In this document: positions 43,560-54,579 of the stretch, piece by piece
How the letters are laid out: each line of letters begins with the position of its first letter
How positions within the stretch are numbered: position 1 is the stretch's first letter
Assembly: GCA_965112155.1 (NCBI GenBank)
Contig: OZ218099.1
Direction: 5' to 3' (one strand)
DNA: 64,000 nucleotides
Source: Podarcis liolepis
Taxonomy: Eukaryota
Notes under the pieces: model-generated
The model's database searches: none
Seen by the model: only the letters and a program-made list of their open reading frames with translations
What the model was told of the DNA's origin: nothing
Position numbers and translations under genes: made by a program

Positions 43560-44210
43560 AAAAGTATATCGGAAGACTGCTACATATGCTACATTAAATA
43601 TTTCTGTATAGGAAAGTATGACACATTATTGCTTGTACTGATTGCATGTATTTCTAGGTACAGTACTGGTGGAGAAATTGGAACCAAAGGCATTAATTTA
43701 GTGTGCATGCAGCAAAATGCACATAATGGTACATGCAGATGGAATTTTATTTCCTATGTAAAAAAAGTGTAAAATTGTAAGTCATTGAAAATTTGGGGCT
43801 TACCTCCATCCACCACATCCATCATCATCAGTGCCAGGGCTCAGCCCTGGAACAAGTGAGGGAGAGGCAATATTGATCAGTGCCTCTGAGCCTGGGTAGA
43901 GTAGTCAAATGGCCACTACTTAACCCTACACACCTGGAACTAGGAAGAAGCACATCTAAGCAGGTCTGTCTAACTCTGCTGGGGACCCTGATAGACCACA
44001 ACTAACTAGATGGTTTAGGGATGCACTGATGCATCCAGTGCTGCTGAAATGTCCTTATAAGCAACTGCTCAGCTTATTAGAAAATGTATGATATTCTTTT
44101 GTTGTAGCATAGTGGAAGAAATTGCTATCAGAGGGTATAGTGAAAGAGTTTTGAACATGTGCATGTAATATTTTCAGGTCTGATTTACCTGCTTGAGTGT
44201 ATGTGTAGAT

Positions 44211-44416
44211 CAAAGCTTTCCAAACTGTGTGTCACAACATGACTCTGTGTTGGCTGCAGTGTGTAGGTGTGTCGCACAAATGCTCCCCTCACACCTCCCT
44301 GGTCTGGAAAGGGGTTAGTTCAACCTCTGGTTTGCTATTAAAACTGAATTACTGTGTCCCAAAATGATGCATGTCTAAAAAGTGTGTCACCAACATGTAA
44401 AGTTTGGAAAGCTCTG
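44211..44416. mobile_element. hAT-type MITE
   Basis: CAAAGCTTTCCAAACT...AGTTTGGAAAGCTCTG TIRs; 8-bp TSD gtgtagat/ctgtagat. Confidence 0.85.
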
Positions 44417-45584
44417 CTGTAGATAGATCTTAGCTTGTGTATTCATTATCTTGCTCCACATCACACATCTAAATAAAGGCACACCTCCTCCACTCCTTCT
44501 TCCTCTCCACCATCTTGCCTGAAGCTCAGTGGGGCTTAGCAACCCACCCTGATTATCGCAGGATAACAGTGATCAACTACTCAATGTTTAAAATGTTTTC
44601 TGAATGAGAAATGTACTTTGAGAACTACCACAATCCTTTTGGGTAGTGTTTCATTTTTGTTTGGGACTGAGGGTATGTTTTCCAGATGTCTTTATTTTAT
44701 AGGACATTCCAGATGTTAGAATTCTAATGCTCCAAAGTGCAATCCATTCAACTTTCTGTATATTACCATGGAAATGATACCCAATACCACCAGTTCAGCT
44801 CTACTGGGACACAGAGAACAGGCACATAGGGTCAACCCACGGAGTCTTGTTTCTTTCATTATTTGATCCTTGAATCTCTGAGTATTAACTCAGATTTTGC
44901 CCCATAGAACTAGTTACTTTGTTAAAATTAGTATTATGAAAATATTGGATTGTAAGGGGGAAAGCCTTATTTTAAATGAAGGTCAATTGGATCTTGGCAG
45001 CACATCTGGCCCTATATTTACTTAGAAATAAGCTCAAATTGCACCAGAACATGGATTGCATGCAGTAGAACAACCCTCTTAGACTGAAGCCAGCTAGTTG
45101 AGAGAGCACTTTTAAGCCAGGGATGAGGCATTTTGGCCTTCCAGGTGTAACTAGGCCACAACTCCCAGCCTCCCTGATGGTTGGCTATGCTGGCTGGTGT
45201 TGATGGGAGTTGTGGCCCAACAACATCTAGAGGCTCACAGGTTCCCTACCGCTGCCCATGCATTCTGCTTAGAGCTCCCTCTTCAAAGACACGAAGGCTG
45301 AAATGTGAGGGCGATCTGGCTGCGACATCTGTCACCCCATTGATTGCCAGGGTTAATTCGGCTGATCTGGCCGGCTAGGCAGGTGTCCCCTCCCTCCCTC
45401 ACCGCTCCATGTGCTTCCCTCCCAAAGCTGCACACTCGGTGGAAGAGGATGACCATCCCAGATAGAACGAGTGTTCTTCGGTCAACCATACAGTATACAA
45501 TAGCTGTGCTCCCCTGCATAGAACCTCCAAACAAGACCATGTCCCCTTTTGAGATGAATCCACTATTAAGAGCTAAAGAGCTGA

Positions 45585-45850
45585 ACTAGACTAGAGCAAG
45601 GGTCCGTCTAGCCCAGTATCCTGTTTCCAACAGTGGCCAGTCAGCCAGATGCTTCTAGGAAGCAGGGCAATCAAGTTAGTGGTTCTTCTTCACTGTTTGC
45701 TTTCCTTGCACCTAACACTAAGAGGCATATTGTGCCTGAAGGTCGAGGTTCAATTTAGGTGGCAGAGCTAACAGCTGGTTTTAGGCTAATCCTTCTCCAC
45801 GAGTTGGTCTACTCCTTTTCCAAAGTCATCTAAGTGCCAGACAAGTTCTG
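45585..45850 (-). mobile_element. Degenerate CR1 LINE 3' fragment
   Basis: gtccgtctagcccagtatcctgtttccaacagtggccag resembles the reverse complement of the squamate CR1 tail. Confidence 0.55.
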
Positions 45851-46068
45851 ATGGTAGCAGATTCCATGTGTAGAATCAGATTCCATGTGTAGAATCAGGA
45901 TTGCCACCAACTCCCTATAAATCCTGGGGTAGACTGGTGGGAAAATAGGAACTAAACCCAGCCATGTCCCACTCACCCTTAAAAAAATGTTTCTTCTGTT
46001 CAAGCAACCTCAGCCAGGAGAAAACTAAATGGGGCACAGAGAGGATGAGGGGTCTGCTCCTTTTTCTG

Positions 46069-46243
46069 CATAGCTGTCAACTTTCATATTTGAAAATAAG
46101 GGATCAGCAGCCTCGAAGATAAGGGATCAGCAGCCTCACCTGTCCTGGGGACAGTCTACGGGATATCTAACAATCTGGGATAGCAGTGGGAAACGGTGCT
46201 GGAATAAGGGTATTTAAAAAAAAAGGGAAGGTTGACAGCTATG
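46069..46243. mobile_element. hAT-type MITE with internal 23-bp tandem duplication
   Basis: CATAGCTGTCAAC...GTTGACAGCTATG TIRs; 8-bp TSD tttttctg/tttttttg. Confidence 0.8.
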
Positions 46244-46369
46244 TTTTTTTGGTATGCTGTGCTTTACATCTCCACCCTCTTCAGAGGAATCTGTAAGATA
46301 CAGACAGAGTCCTGCAGTCAGCATCATGTCTGGCTGCAACCAAAAGCAGTGGCCTGCCACCAGGAGAAC

Positions 46370-46970
46370 ATTCATGCTGAATCAGGCCGAGGGCTTATTT
46401 AGTATAGCGTCCCATTGTCATTGTGGCCAGCCAGGTTCCTGTGGCAAACCATTGCAAGAACATGAAGCATATCAGCACTCTCTCCACTTTTTAAAAAAAA
46501 GTTTTTATTAAAGGTTTTCTTGGGTTACAAAAGTATTTACAGAGTCTCTGTTTTCCATTCATAGAATCTTTTCTACAGATCAATTATATTTGATGTGAGA
46601 CACTAATGTTGTAGACACTCTTCCCCATTTGTGAACACCAACAAATGGTATTCCGAGGCATCCTGCCTCTGACAGAGGAGGGAGGACATTCTAGTGAGTC
46701 GCCATTAGTAGCGTTACCCTCAATGAATTTCTAGTGTGCCTTTAAAGCCACCTTTGCGGAGTCAATTCTAAAAAAATTATTTATCTGAATCTACTCCCAG
46801 TTTCATTGGGTACCCCAAGTTCTAGTCTTAGAGGAGAAAGAAAAAATTATTTCCTCCATTTATAATTTTATACACTTTTATCATTTCCCCCTTCTTCTAA
46901 ACCACAACACTCCAAAACGTTTAGCCTTTCCTTGGAGTGAATGTGCTCCAACCCACTTGGGTGAACCTTC
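46370..46970 (-). mobile_element. Degenerate CR1 LINE 3' fragment interrupted by an AT-rich insert
   Basis: gctgaatcaggcc...tgtggccagccag...tggtattccgaggcatcctgcctctgac...cctttaaagcca mirrors the plus-strand CR1 at 56.5-57 kb. Confidence 0.55.
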
Positions 46971-47039
46971 TTTAAAATTATTATTTTAACAACATCCTTG
47001 TTGGGAAGGGCGGGAGAGAATCAGAACTGGGCTTAAAGT

Positions 47040-48480
47040 TAATTCCGGGCAGCGGACAGCAAGAAGAACGCAGAGCCGGACACGCACCACGTACTACTTG
47101 AATAAATGAGAATTTGCGGGAAGGGGCCAGCGCGGGAGGCCACCTCACTTTCCCCGCGCCCCGTGGGAGGGTCATGCCTGCCTCCCAACATGGTGGAGGT
47201 GTGCATGGGAAGGCGGGCGCGCGCGCGCTCCCGCTTGCTCCAGCCCAGGCTGCGGCTCCTTTGTGTCTCTCCCTCTCCCGGAGAAAAGGGCTGGGGCGCT
47301 CGCTTGCAGCCTAGGCAAAGAGGAAGCGTTATGCCAGGAGGAACGGGTTGGTGGGGTGGGGGGAGAGAGGGAGGGAGCAGGAGGAATCCCAGCCTCCTCT
47401 TTGCCGCGTGTGTTTGTAAGTAAGATCAATGGAGCTGCAGGCTCCCCCCACCAGCGCCAGGCGGCCTGCTTACTGCAAGGCGCGCACGCGCCCCACCCAC
47501 CCGGGGCTGCAGCTCCATTCCACCCAACCCTCTTACACCGCCGCCTCCTCCTCCCCCCCCCCCACCGCGCACCCGGGGCAATTACCTGTCTGCAAGCCCC
47601 GCCCCCGCGCTGATTGACGGCCCGGATCACGTGGGGGAGGGAAGAGGAGCAGGAGGAGGAGGACGCCGGGGCGGGCGCTCGCACCTGGAGCTGGAGGGGA
47701 GGGAAAACCGGACGGGGATGCGCTCGGCTGGGGCCGCCGCTACCGCCACCAGCTCGTTCTGCGCCGCCGCCGCCGCAGCAGCAGGCCGAACTCAGCTCCT
47801 GCGCCCGGTGGAGGGGCCATGGTGGCTGCTGCCCCTGCTGCAGCCGCGGCCATGAGGAAAAGCTTCCTGGTGCCCGAGATCAAGCCCTTGGATCAGTATG
47901 ACTTCCCTCGGGCGCGCAGCGCCGCCAGCCTGGCCTGGGTGCTCGCCAAGGGCTACGGGGGTGCAGGTACGGCGGGAGCCCCGCGCGGGGAAGGGAGCGG
48001 GCAGCCCGTCGGCGGGGTCGGGGTTTCTTTCCCTTCCTGATCTCCCTTCCGAGGAGGAGGGGCGGGATCTCCAGTGGCTGCGTGTGAGTTAAGGAGAGAG
48101 GAAGCCGTGATTCCCGTCCCCCCCCCTCCCGCCTTCGACCCGATCTCGCCCTCCCTGGCGGCTTGCGGGCTCCTGGGTTTGTGTTTCTTCTGCCTGCTCC
48201 TCCCCGGCTAGGATAATATGTCCGCCTCCCCATCGCGCTCGGCTCCGTGGGATGCCCTACCTGCTATAGCACCCGGGGAGGGATGGGATGGGGTGGGCTG
48301 CCTTGGCAACCAGCCCTGCTGCTTCCATCCCACTCTTTCAGCGCTAACAATGGGCTCCGCTCGGTCGCCGCCTTCTCGACTAGATAGCCCGGGTGGGGCT
48401 GAGGTGGAGGGGGGGGCGGCGGCTCGAGTCTGCTCCTTTCTTCCTGGCGAGGGTCGCCTAATGTCTCTCCCCACGCAGGT
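47040..48480 (+). promoter_or_regulatory. CAMSAP3: CpG island / TATA-less promoter of CAMSAP3
   Basis: Abrupt rise in GC and CpG density; GC box CCCCGCCCCC 47597-47606, TGATTGAC 47611-47618, CACGTG 47628-47633, G-tracts; encloses the first coding exon. Confidence 0.85.
47819..47966 (+). CDS. CAMSAP3: CAMSAP3 (calmodulin-regulated spectrin-associated protein 3, microtubule minus-end binding), first coding exon (148 bp); rest of gene beyond window
   Basis: Strong Kozak gccATGG; MVAAAPAAAAAMRKSFLVPEIKPLDQYDFPRARSAASLAWVLAKGYGGA matches the CAMSAP N-terminus, closest to CAMSAP3 (FLVPEIK.LDQYDF...AASLAWVL...GGA); donor CAG|gtacgg; no exon 2 (PFYTDQY motif) found up to 64000. Confidence 0.9.
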
Positions 48481-51126
48481 GCCGGGCTTCCCCAGGTGTG
48501 GACGGAGCTGTGATTAGGAGAGGGGAATTGGCGTCTGGGCTGGGAAGGGGCCTTTTTTGTAGGTCGAAGTGGGGCGTGTGAGGGGAGGGGGAGGCTGCCA
48601 TGATAGCGGAGGGGTGGGTAGGTGTTCTGCCATGTCTGCTGCAGCTCCTTTGCTAAGAGCAGCCCTGGGTGAACCTCAGCTCCCCCTCCCCTTCACTAAG
48701 CTCAATTCCTCCCTGGCTTTTTGTGTTGCCTTTTGTTAACAGTGTTGGCAGCACCTGCATGACTAGCATACTGTTAGGTGAGATCAGAGTCGAAACATGC
48801 TCTTCCCTGGGGTCCAGCTGGTCTGCGGAGCCTGAGGGTGTCAGTGCCGCCCCACCCTGCTTAGTGACAGCATTCACTGGCAGAAGCCGAGAGCAGGGCG
48901 CTGCTGTTGGTGTTTACCTTTGCTAAGTGGCATTATTTTGTGGCGTTAAATTCCTCCAGGGGAAGCCCTGCCAATGGGTGCCACCAGCATGGCCCCAGCT
49001 GTGGAGCTGTATTCTGAGGCTAACTGTGGCAGCTGGAAGGCAGGGGGGGGAGAGAGAGATGGGAGGTAACTAGTGAGGCTTCTGGGCTTGTACTTGATCC
49101 TCTGGTTTTGCCATCTCGGTAAAGACTACTCAAGGACCACTTTGCATCCTTAGCTTGGTCCTCTTCAGCTCCTTGGCAATGCTGGGCCCAGGACTGTGGT
49201 TCCTTCTTTGGCAACCCTGGGCTCTCCCCGCTGTTCCCTTTGTCTCTGCCAGGCCTGGAATTAATGTTCTGTGAGGATTTGCAGATTGGCGTTGCTTTCA
49301 TGCATGATGGAGGAGGAGGAGGGGAGGGGGGAGCAGACAATCCCTAGTGGGGGATTGACCTTCTTGCTGTTGCTTCATAGAAGTGTGTGCTCTTTGTCGC
49401 TGCTCTGGTGCCCCTGCTAACCCAGATCCCTCTCCTGGCTTCGCCCTCCCTGCTGCCAAGAGGGTGGTGGGCCAGCCTGTGCGCCTTGTGTTCATTGAGA
49501 AGCCATGCTTCCTTCGCGTTGCTCCACAACTGTCAGACTTCTGTGGATGAAGTAGCCTAAGCACGACTTATATGGCAAGGTGGAGGTGTGGGTAAGTGAG
49601 ACGGCCCTTGACAGTGGCTTCTAAAAGTATAAGGAGCTCCATGTTGCTGGCATACCTGTAGCCAGGAGGCTACCAGCTAGTGTGTGACAGGCCTTCCTCA
49701 TTGTGTATGGGCTGCTATGGGGAGGAGAGGAGAGGATGACGACAATCCTCTGGGGCTGTTGACCTGAAAGTAACATAATAAGGTTTGAAGCCTGCTGGTC
49801 CACAGCCAGCTCCGGAGCTGGGAGCAACAGGAATGGCTTGCAAGGTTGTGTGACAATGAATAACTAGAGTCTCTTTCCCTCCCTCCCTCCCTCCCTCCCG
49901 CAACTGAGGGCTTTTCTGCCCAGAAGCTGTTTTCTTCTTAGAGACTAAATGTACCCTGCTTCTGGGCTGAGGTGGGAACCACCATTCCGTGAAGCAACAG
50001 GAGGACAGTGAATTGCTGTGCTTGGTGGATGTTGAAGTGCCTTCTGTGTGTGTGTATTCACAGGCGTGTATTTGGATGACCAGTTCTCTCATTTGGAGTT
50101 AGTGTAAATATAGGATCTGGTCAAGCCCAAGCGAGAACAGGTTCCCCTTGTCCCTGCCCTTCCTTGTCACCCCGATGACACACCAAACAGTACACTTTGG
50201 TGGTGGAAAGGAGAGAGCCTTGTCATTTGCCTTGGATGGAGGCCAGGGCTATCAGCCTTGCTCAGCCAGTGCTGGGTTCAAAGTCTAGTGAAGTGTGTCG
50301 AGAATGTGCTTGCTAGGGTTTGCCATAGTTTTCCGGATAGAGCCTGAAAACCCCTACGGCCTTCAAGGCAAGCCTTTATGGAAAGGGCACCTGCTTGCCT
50401 CACGTCAGAAAATGCACATGGCACTGCTAGCATCTGCTCCTGAAATAAGCTACTGGTCATGGTGGGAGTCATCAGTCGGCCTCAAGCCAGGGATTTTGTG
50501 CGACTGCTATATGATCTAAAGGCACAGTGTGGGGGCTGTAGAAAGTTAATGTGAAATGGCAAAAATATACATGGCAGTGGCTTTTTCAAGTTTTACACGA
50601 CTGAATTTTAAGTAATTTCAGTATGCATTTGAAAATAAAGATCTGCAAGTGAAACTGAGTGCCAGCTTGCTTTACTAGACACACTGCTGCCTGCACTTAT
50701 TTCTTCACCAATAAGTAAAAGAGCCAGATGCTTTTAATTTACTGAAAGCCAAATGAGGAAGGGACTTGGAATTCCTTCAGCCCAACCTGTAGCTACAGGG
50801 CCTGTGATCCAATGCTACGTATTACTCAGCTGATACATCCGGCAACTGGTCCCTTTCCCATAACTGGGTCAGGAACCGGCTAACCTCTGCCAGGTGTCCT
50901 GATTGGCATTGCTGTGTTTGTTGCACACCCAAAGCAGTTGCTAGTAATTATGTGCAATGTTGTAGCACCCTGAGGTTAATTCCCTATATTACCGTGATCC
51001 CTTTTGTGTTCGTCCACAAACTGGGGTAATCCCCACCCTCAAGGGTTTGTGGCAAAGGGTGGGGCAGGAAATGGAGGAGGAGTGGGAGTGACCAGAGTGA
51101 GGCTCACCAGCTGAGATAGGTGTACA

Positions 51127-51500
51127 CACGCAAATGGCGCTGTGGTCTAGACCACTGAGCTTCTTGGGCTTGCTGATCAGCGGTTCGAATCCCCGTGTCA
51201 GGGTGAGCTCCCGTTGCTCTGTCCCAGCTTCTGCCAACCTAACAGTTCAAAAGCATACCAGTGCAAGTAGATAAATGGGTACCACTGTGGCGGGAAGGTA
51301 AGCAGCATTTCCATGTGCTCTGGCACTTGTCATGGTCCTCCGTGCGCCAGAAGCGGTTTAGTCATGCTGGCAATATGACCCAGAAAGCTGTCTGTGGACA
51401 AACAACAGCTCCCTCGGCCTGAAAAGTGAGATGAGCGCCACACCCCATGGTCGCCTTTGACTGGACTTGACCGTCCAGGGGTCCTTTACCTTACCTTTAC
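51127..51500 (+). mobile_element. Sauria SINE
   Basis: tggcgctgtggtct A-box, ggttcgaatcc B-box, gtgcaagtagataaatgggtacc core, ggggtcctttaccttaccttta tail. Confidence 0.9.
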
Positions 51501-51520
51501 ACACCTATTTCTTGGCTAGT

Positions 51521-51715
51521 GGGAAGGGTCATAGCTCAGTGGCAGAAGCATCTGCTTTGCATGTAAAAGATCCTGTGTTCAATCCCTGGTATATTGATGT
51601 AGGACTGGGAGAGATTGCTGCCCAAAGCTCCGGAGCTGTTGCCAGTCAGTGTAGAGAATACTGAGCTAGATGGACCAATGGTCTGACTCAGTATAAGGCA
51701 CATTTCTATGTTCCT
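51521..51715 (+). mobile_element. tRNA-derived SINE
   Basis: atagctcagtggcagaagcatctg...gttcaatccctgg...gtctgactcagtataaggca...tatgttcct. Confidence 0.8.
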
Positions 51716-52129
51716 GGTAATCCAGTTAGGAGGACTGAGCCCTGCTGTCCCATTAACCACTGATTCAGTTTCACTTGCTGTTCTGTAGGTTAAACAGGTG
51801 TGGCTGTCTGGATATTGACTCTTGTCTCACCTTCACCCAGTGGCAAGTTTTTCCTCCACCAAAGACACCAAGAATAAAGCAAAATCTCAACTCATGGGCA
51901 GCTTATCCTTGCATTGCTCCCTCAGCCAAACTGTACCCTGGTCTGTAGTGCAGGCATGTGAAATGAAATGTTGCCTCTTTCCCCCAAATGGTGATTTATA
52001 TACATATCAAACCCAGCTAGTTTCACCCAGTCCTGAGCCATAGCGGATGCTTTTTGCACTTTAGCAAAACTACCTGGCATCTTGAAACCACAGAATGGAA
52101 GGCCTAAAATTGATACACAAAGCCCAGTA

Positions 52130-52371
52130 CAGTGGTACCTCTGGATACGAACGGGATCCGTTCCATATCCCCGTTTGTATCCTGAAGTGAACACAACCCG
52201 CGTCTGCGTGTGCGCGGGTCACGATTTGCTGCTTCCGCGCATGCGTGTGACGTCATTTTGACTGCGTGAGCGGCGAAACCCGGAAGTAATGTGTTCCATT
52301 ACTTCTGGGTCGCTGCGGAGAGCAACCTGAAAGTGCTCAACCTGAGGCATATTTAACCCGAGGTATGACTT
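52130..52371. mobile_element. Tc1/mariner-type MITE
   Basis: TA|CAGTGGTACCTC...CGAGGTATGACTT|TA, right TIR degenerate. Confidence 0.8.
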
Positions 52372-52949
52372 TATGGGAGAAGAAACAACATTGCTCCCTC
52401 AGCCAAACTGTACCCTGGTCTGTAGTGCAGGCAGCGGGATGGAAGATGCATGGGTACAGCAGTGCTCTGTACTTCAGTGTCCCAGGTACATGAATGCTTT
52501 CTGCCCTCCTAGAAAGGCACCTGAGGCTTGGATCATCTAGTTGAACTCAGTCCAAGGATGGGGCTCCTCCTGCCTGGTGCTAGTCAGACAAGATGGTGCT
52601 GCCCAGCCTGGGCAGTTTGCTCTGCTGTCCATTGTTCTGTAAATCCATTTTGCGACAACTGGGACCCATGGCTATTTATCATTTCTGGTGAATGGTGGCT
52701 GTACCTATTCTTTGGGTGGTTCTCAATGTCTTATTCCTAGTATATGGCATTTGGGACTGCAGAGCTCTTGAGTTCAAGGCCCTGCTTGGCTTTGGAGAAA
52801 TCATCATCATCATCTATCAGCCTAACAAACCTGATGCAGCTATGGTGAGAATAAAATAGGTGAATCCATGAACACTGCTTTGTGCTTCTTTTGGGAGGAG
52901 ACACGGCTTAGAAATGCAGATAAGTAAGTGGCATATAGATGTCTTATAT

Positions 52950-53086
52950 CAGGCACCCCCAAACTCGGCCCTCCAGCTGTTTTGGGACTACAGCTCCCAT
53001 CATCCCTAGCTAATAGGACCAGTGGTCAGGGATGATGGGAACTGTAGTCCCAAAAACAGCTGGAGGGCCGACTTTGGGGGTGCCTG
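52950..53086. mobile_element. Palindromic hAT-type MITE (137 bp)
   Basis: ~58-bp near-perfect inverted arms CAGGCACCCCCAAA...TTTGGGGGTGCCTG; 8-bp TSD tcttatat/tcttttat; degenerate relatives near 265, 30820, 32360, 41842, 42635, 45118, 56340. Confidence 0.88.
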
Positions 53087-53988
53087 TCTTTTATGAAAAA
53101 AGGACAGAATAAAAACCTTCCTTTTCCACCTGTAAAATGATTGTCGTCTTTAGCCTTTCTATATATATTATTTTGCTAGCCCTTCAAAACATTAGTCTGA
53201 ATCTTGCCCTTGTGTTCCTAGAAGGTAATCACTAAGTAGAACCTTTTACTACTTCTTTGTGGTTTTCTTCAGTGAGTGAAGCTATGTTTTTTAAAACAAC
53301 AACACCTCATTGCCAATTCCTATTTAGTTTATGTTGATTCAAAAGTCTAAGTCCTCCTTTTGATTCTTTGAGTGCCTTGCTTGTTCCTTGATTTTGTAAA
53401 GCTACTTTGGAGCTGTGTGCAATTACTAGAGGCCCTGGATGGGGGCGGTGCCTTGTCATCAGCATAAAATATCAACCTTATTTATTTAATTTGTCACTTT
53501 TTTCACAAAAGTGACTCAAAGCAACCTAAAAAAACAACATTAAAACCAAGCATTAAAAAAACACACCAAGAATGATATAGGAACCGATCCAGAAAATGGT
53601 CTACTGATGTTGTTTTACTGCTTGCACTTCAATTAGTCAAGGACACTCATTTTAATCCTGCCCTCTGTGGCTTCCCAAATTCCTTTGAACTTTTGCATTA
53701 TCTACAAAGTTGAGCATATTACCTGTTTCTGCGAGTAATGAAAATGCTAAATAGCACTACCCCCTAGGAGATAACTCCTTTTGGACATCACACAACAACG
53801 CCTCCAGGCTCCTCCCCTCCCCACATACTTTTTAATGCCTTATTGGTTGTTCTTGTGCAGCTTGAAAGAATAAGGGTTGCTTTCCTCATGGTAGTGCCCT
53901 CTGATCCACCTGCCAAAGAATATTCCACCTGCCAAAGAATGTGTGGAACCTTCTCCTAGAGACTAACCTACTACAGAGCGACATTGAT

Positions 53989-54185
53989 GGGGCAAGGCCA
54001 TGCCTCAGTGCTAAAGCATTTGCCTTGAGCACAGAAGGCCCCAGGTTCAATTCCCAGCAAATCCAGGTAGGGCTGGGAGGGACTCCCTGCCTGAAACCCT
54101 GGAGAGCCTCTGGCAGTCTGTGTAGACAATACTGAGCCTGATCAGCCAACAGTCTGACTCGGTATAAGGAAGCTTCTTATGTTCC
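53989..54185 (+). mobile_element. tRNA-derived SINE
   Basis: cagaaggccccaggttcaattcccagca...gtctgactcggtataaggaagcttcttatgttcc. Confidence 0.8.
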
Positions 54186-54544
54186 ACATTGGTTTGGTCT
54201 TGGCAAGTCCATGTTGGTTGTTAATGATCACCTCATTTTCTTCTACATTACATATATTCATTTTTGATGAATTTGTTCTTATAACGTCTTATAGGTAGAC
54301 ATTGGACCTGTAATCTCCTGGTTTCTCCTATTCTCCCTGTTAAATATAGATGTGGTAGATATTTTTTGCTAGTCTGCTGGAACCTCACTTGTCTTGAGAG
54401 ATTTCTCAAAGATGACTGTTAGCAGCTTTGAGGTTTATACTACTAGTTCGTTTAGCATTTAAGGGTGTATTTTGTTGGGAGATCGATGCAGATATTAACT
54501 AGTTCTGCCATTCCTTTCACATCTCTTTGATCCAATCTGGCAAC

Positions 54545-54546
<2 letters not shown>

Positions 54547-54576
<30 letters not shown>
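54547..54576. repeat. (TG)n microsatellite
   Basis: Seen directly. Confidence 0.95.
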
Positions 54577-54579
<3 letters not shown>

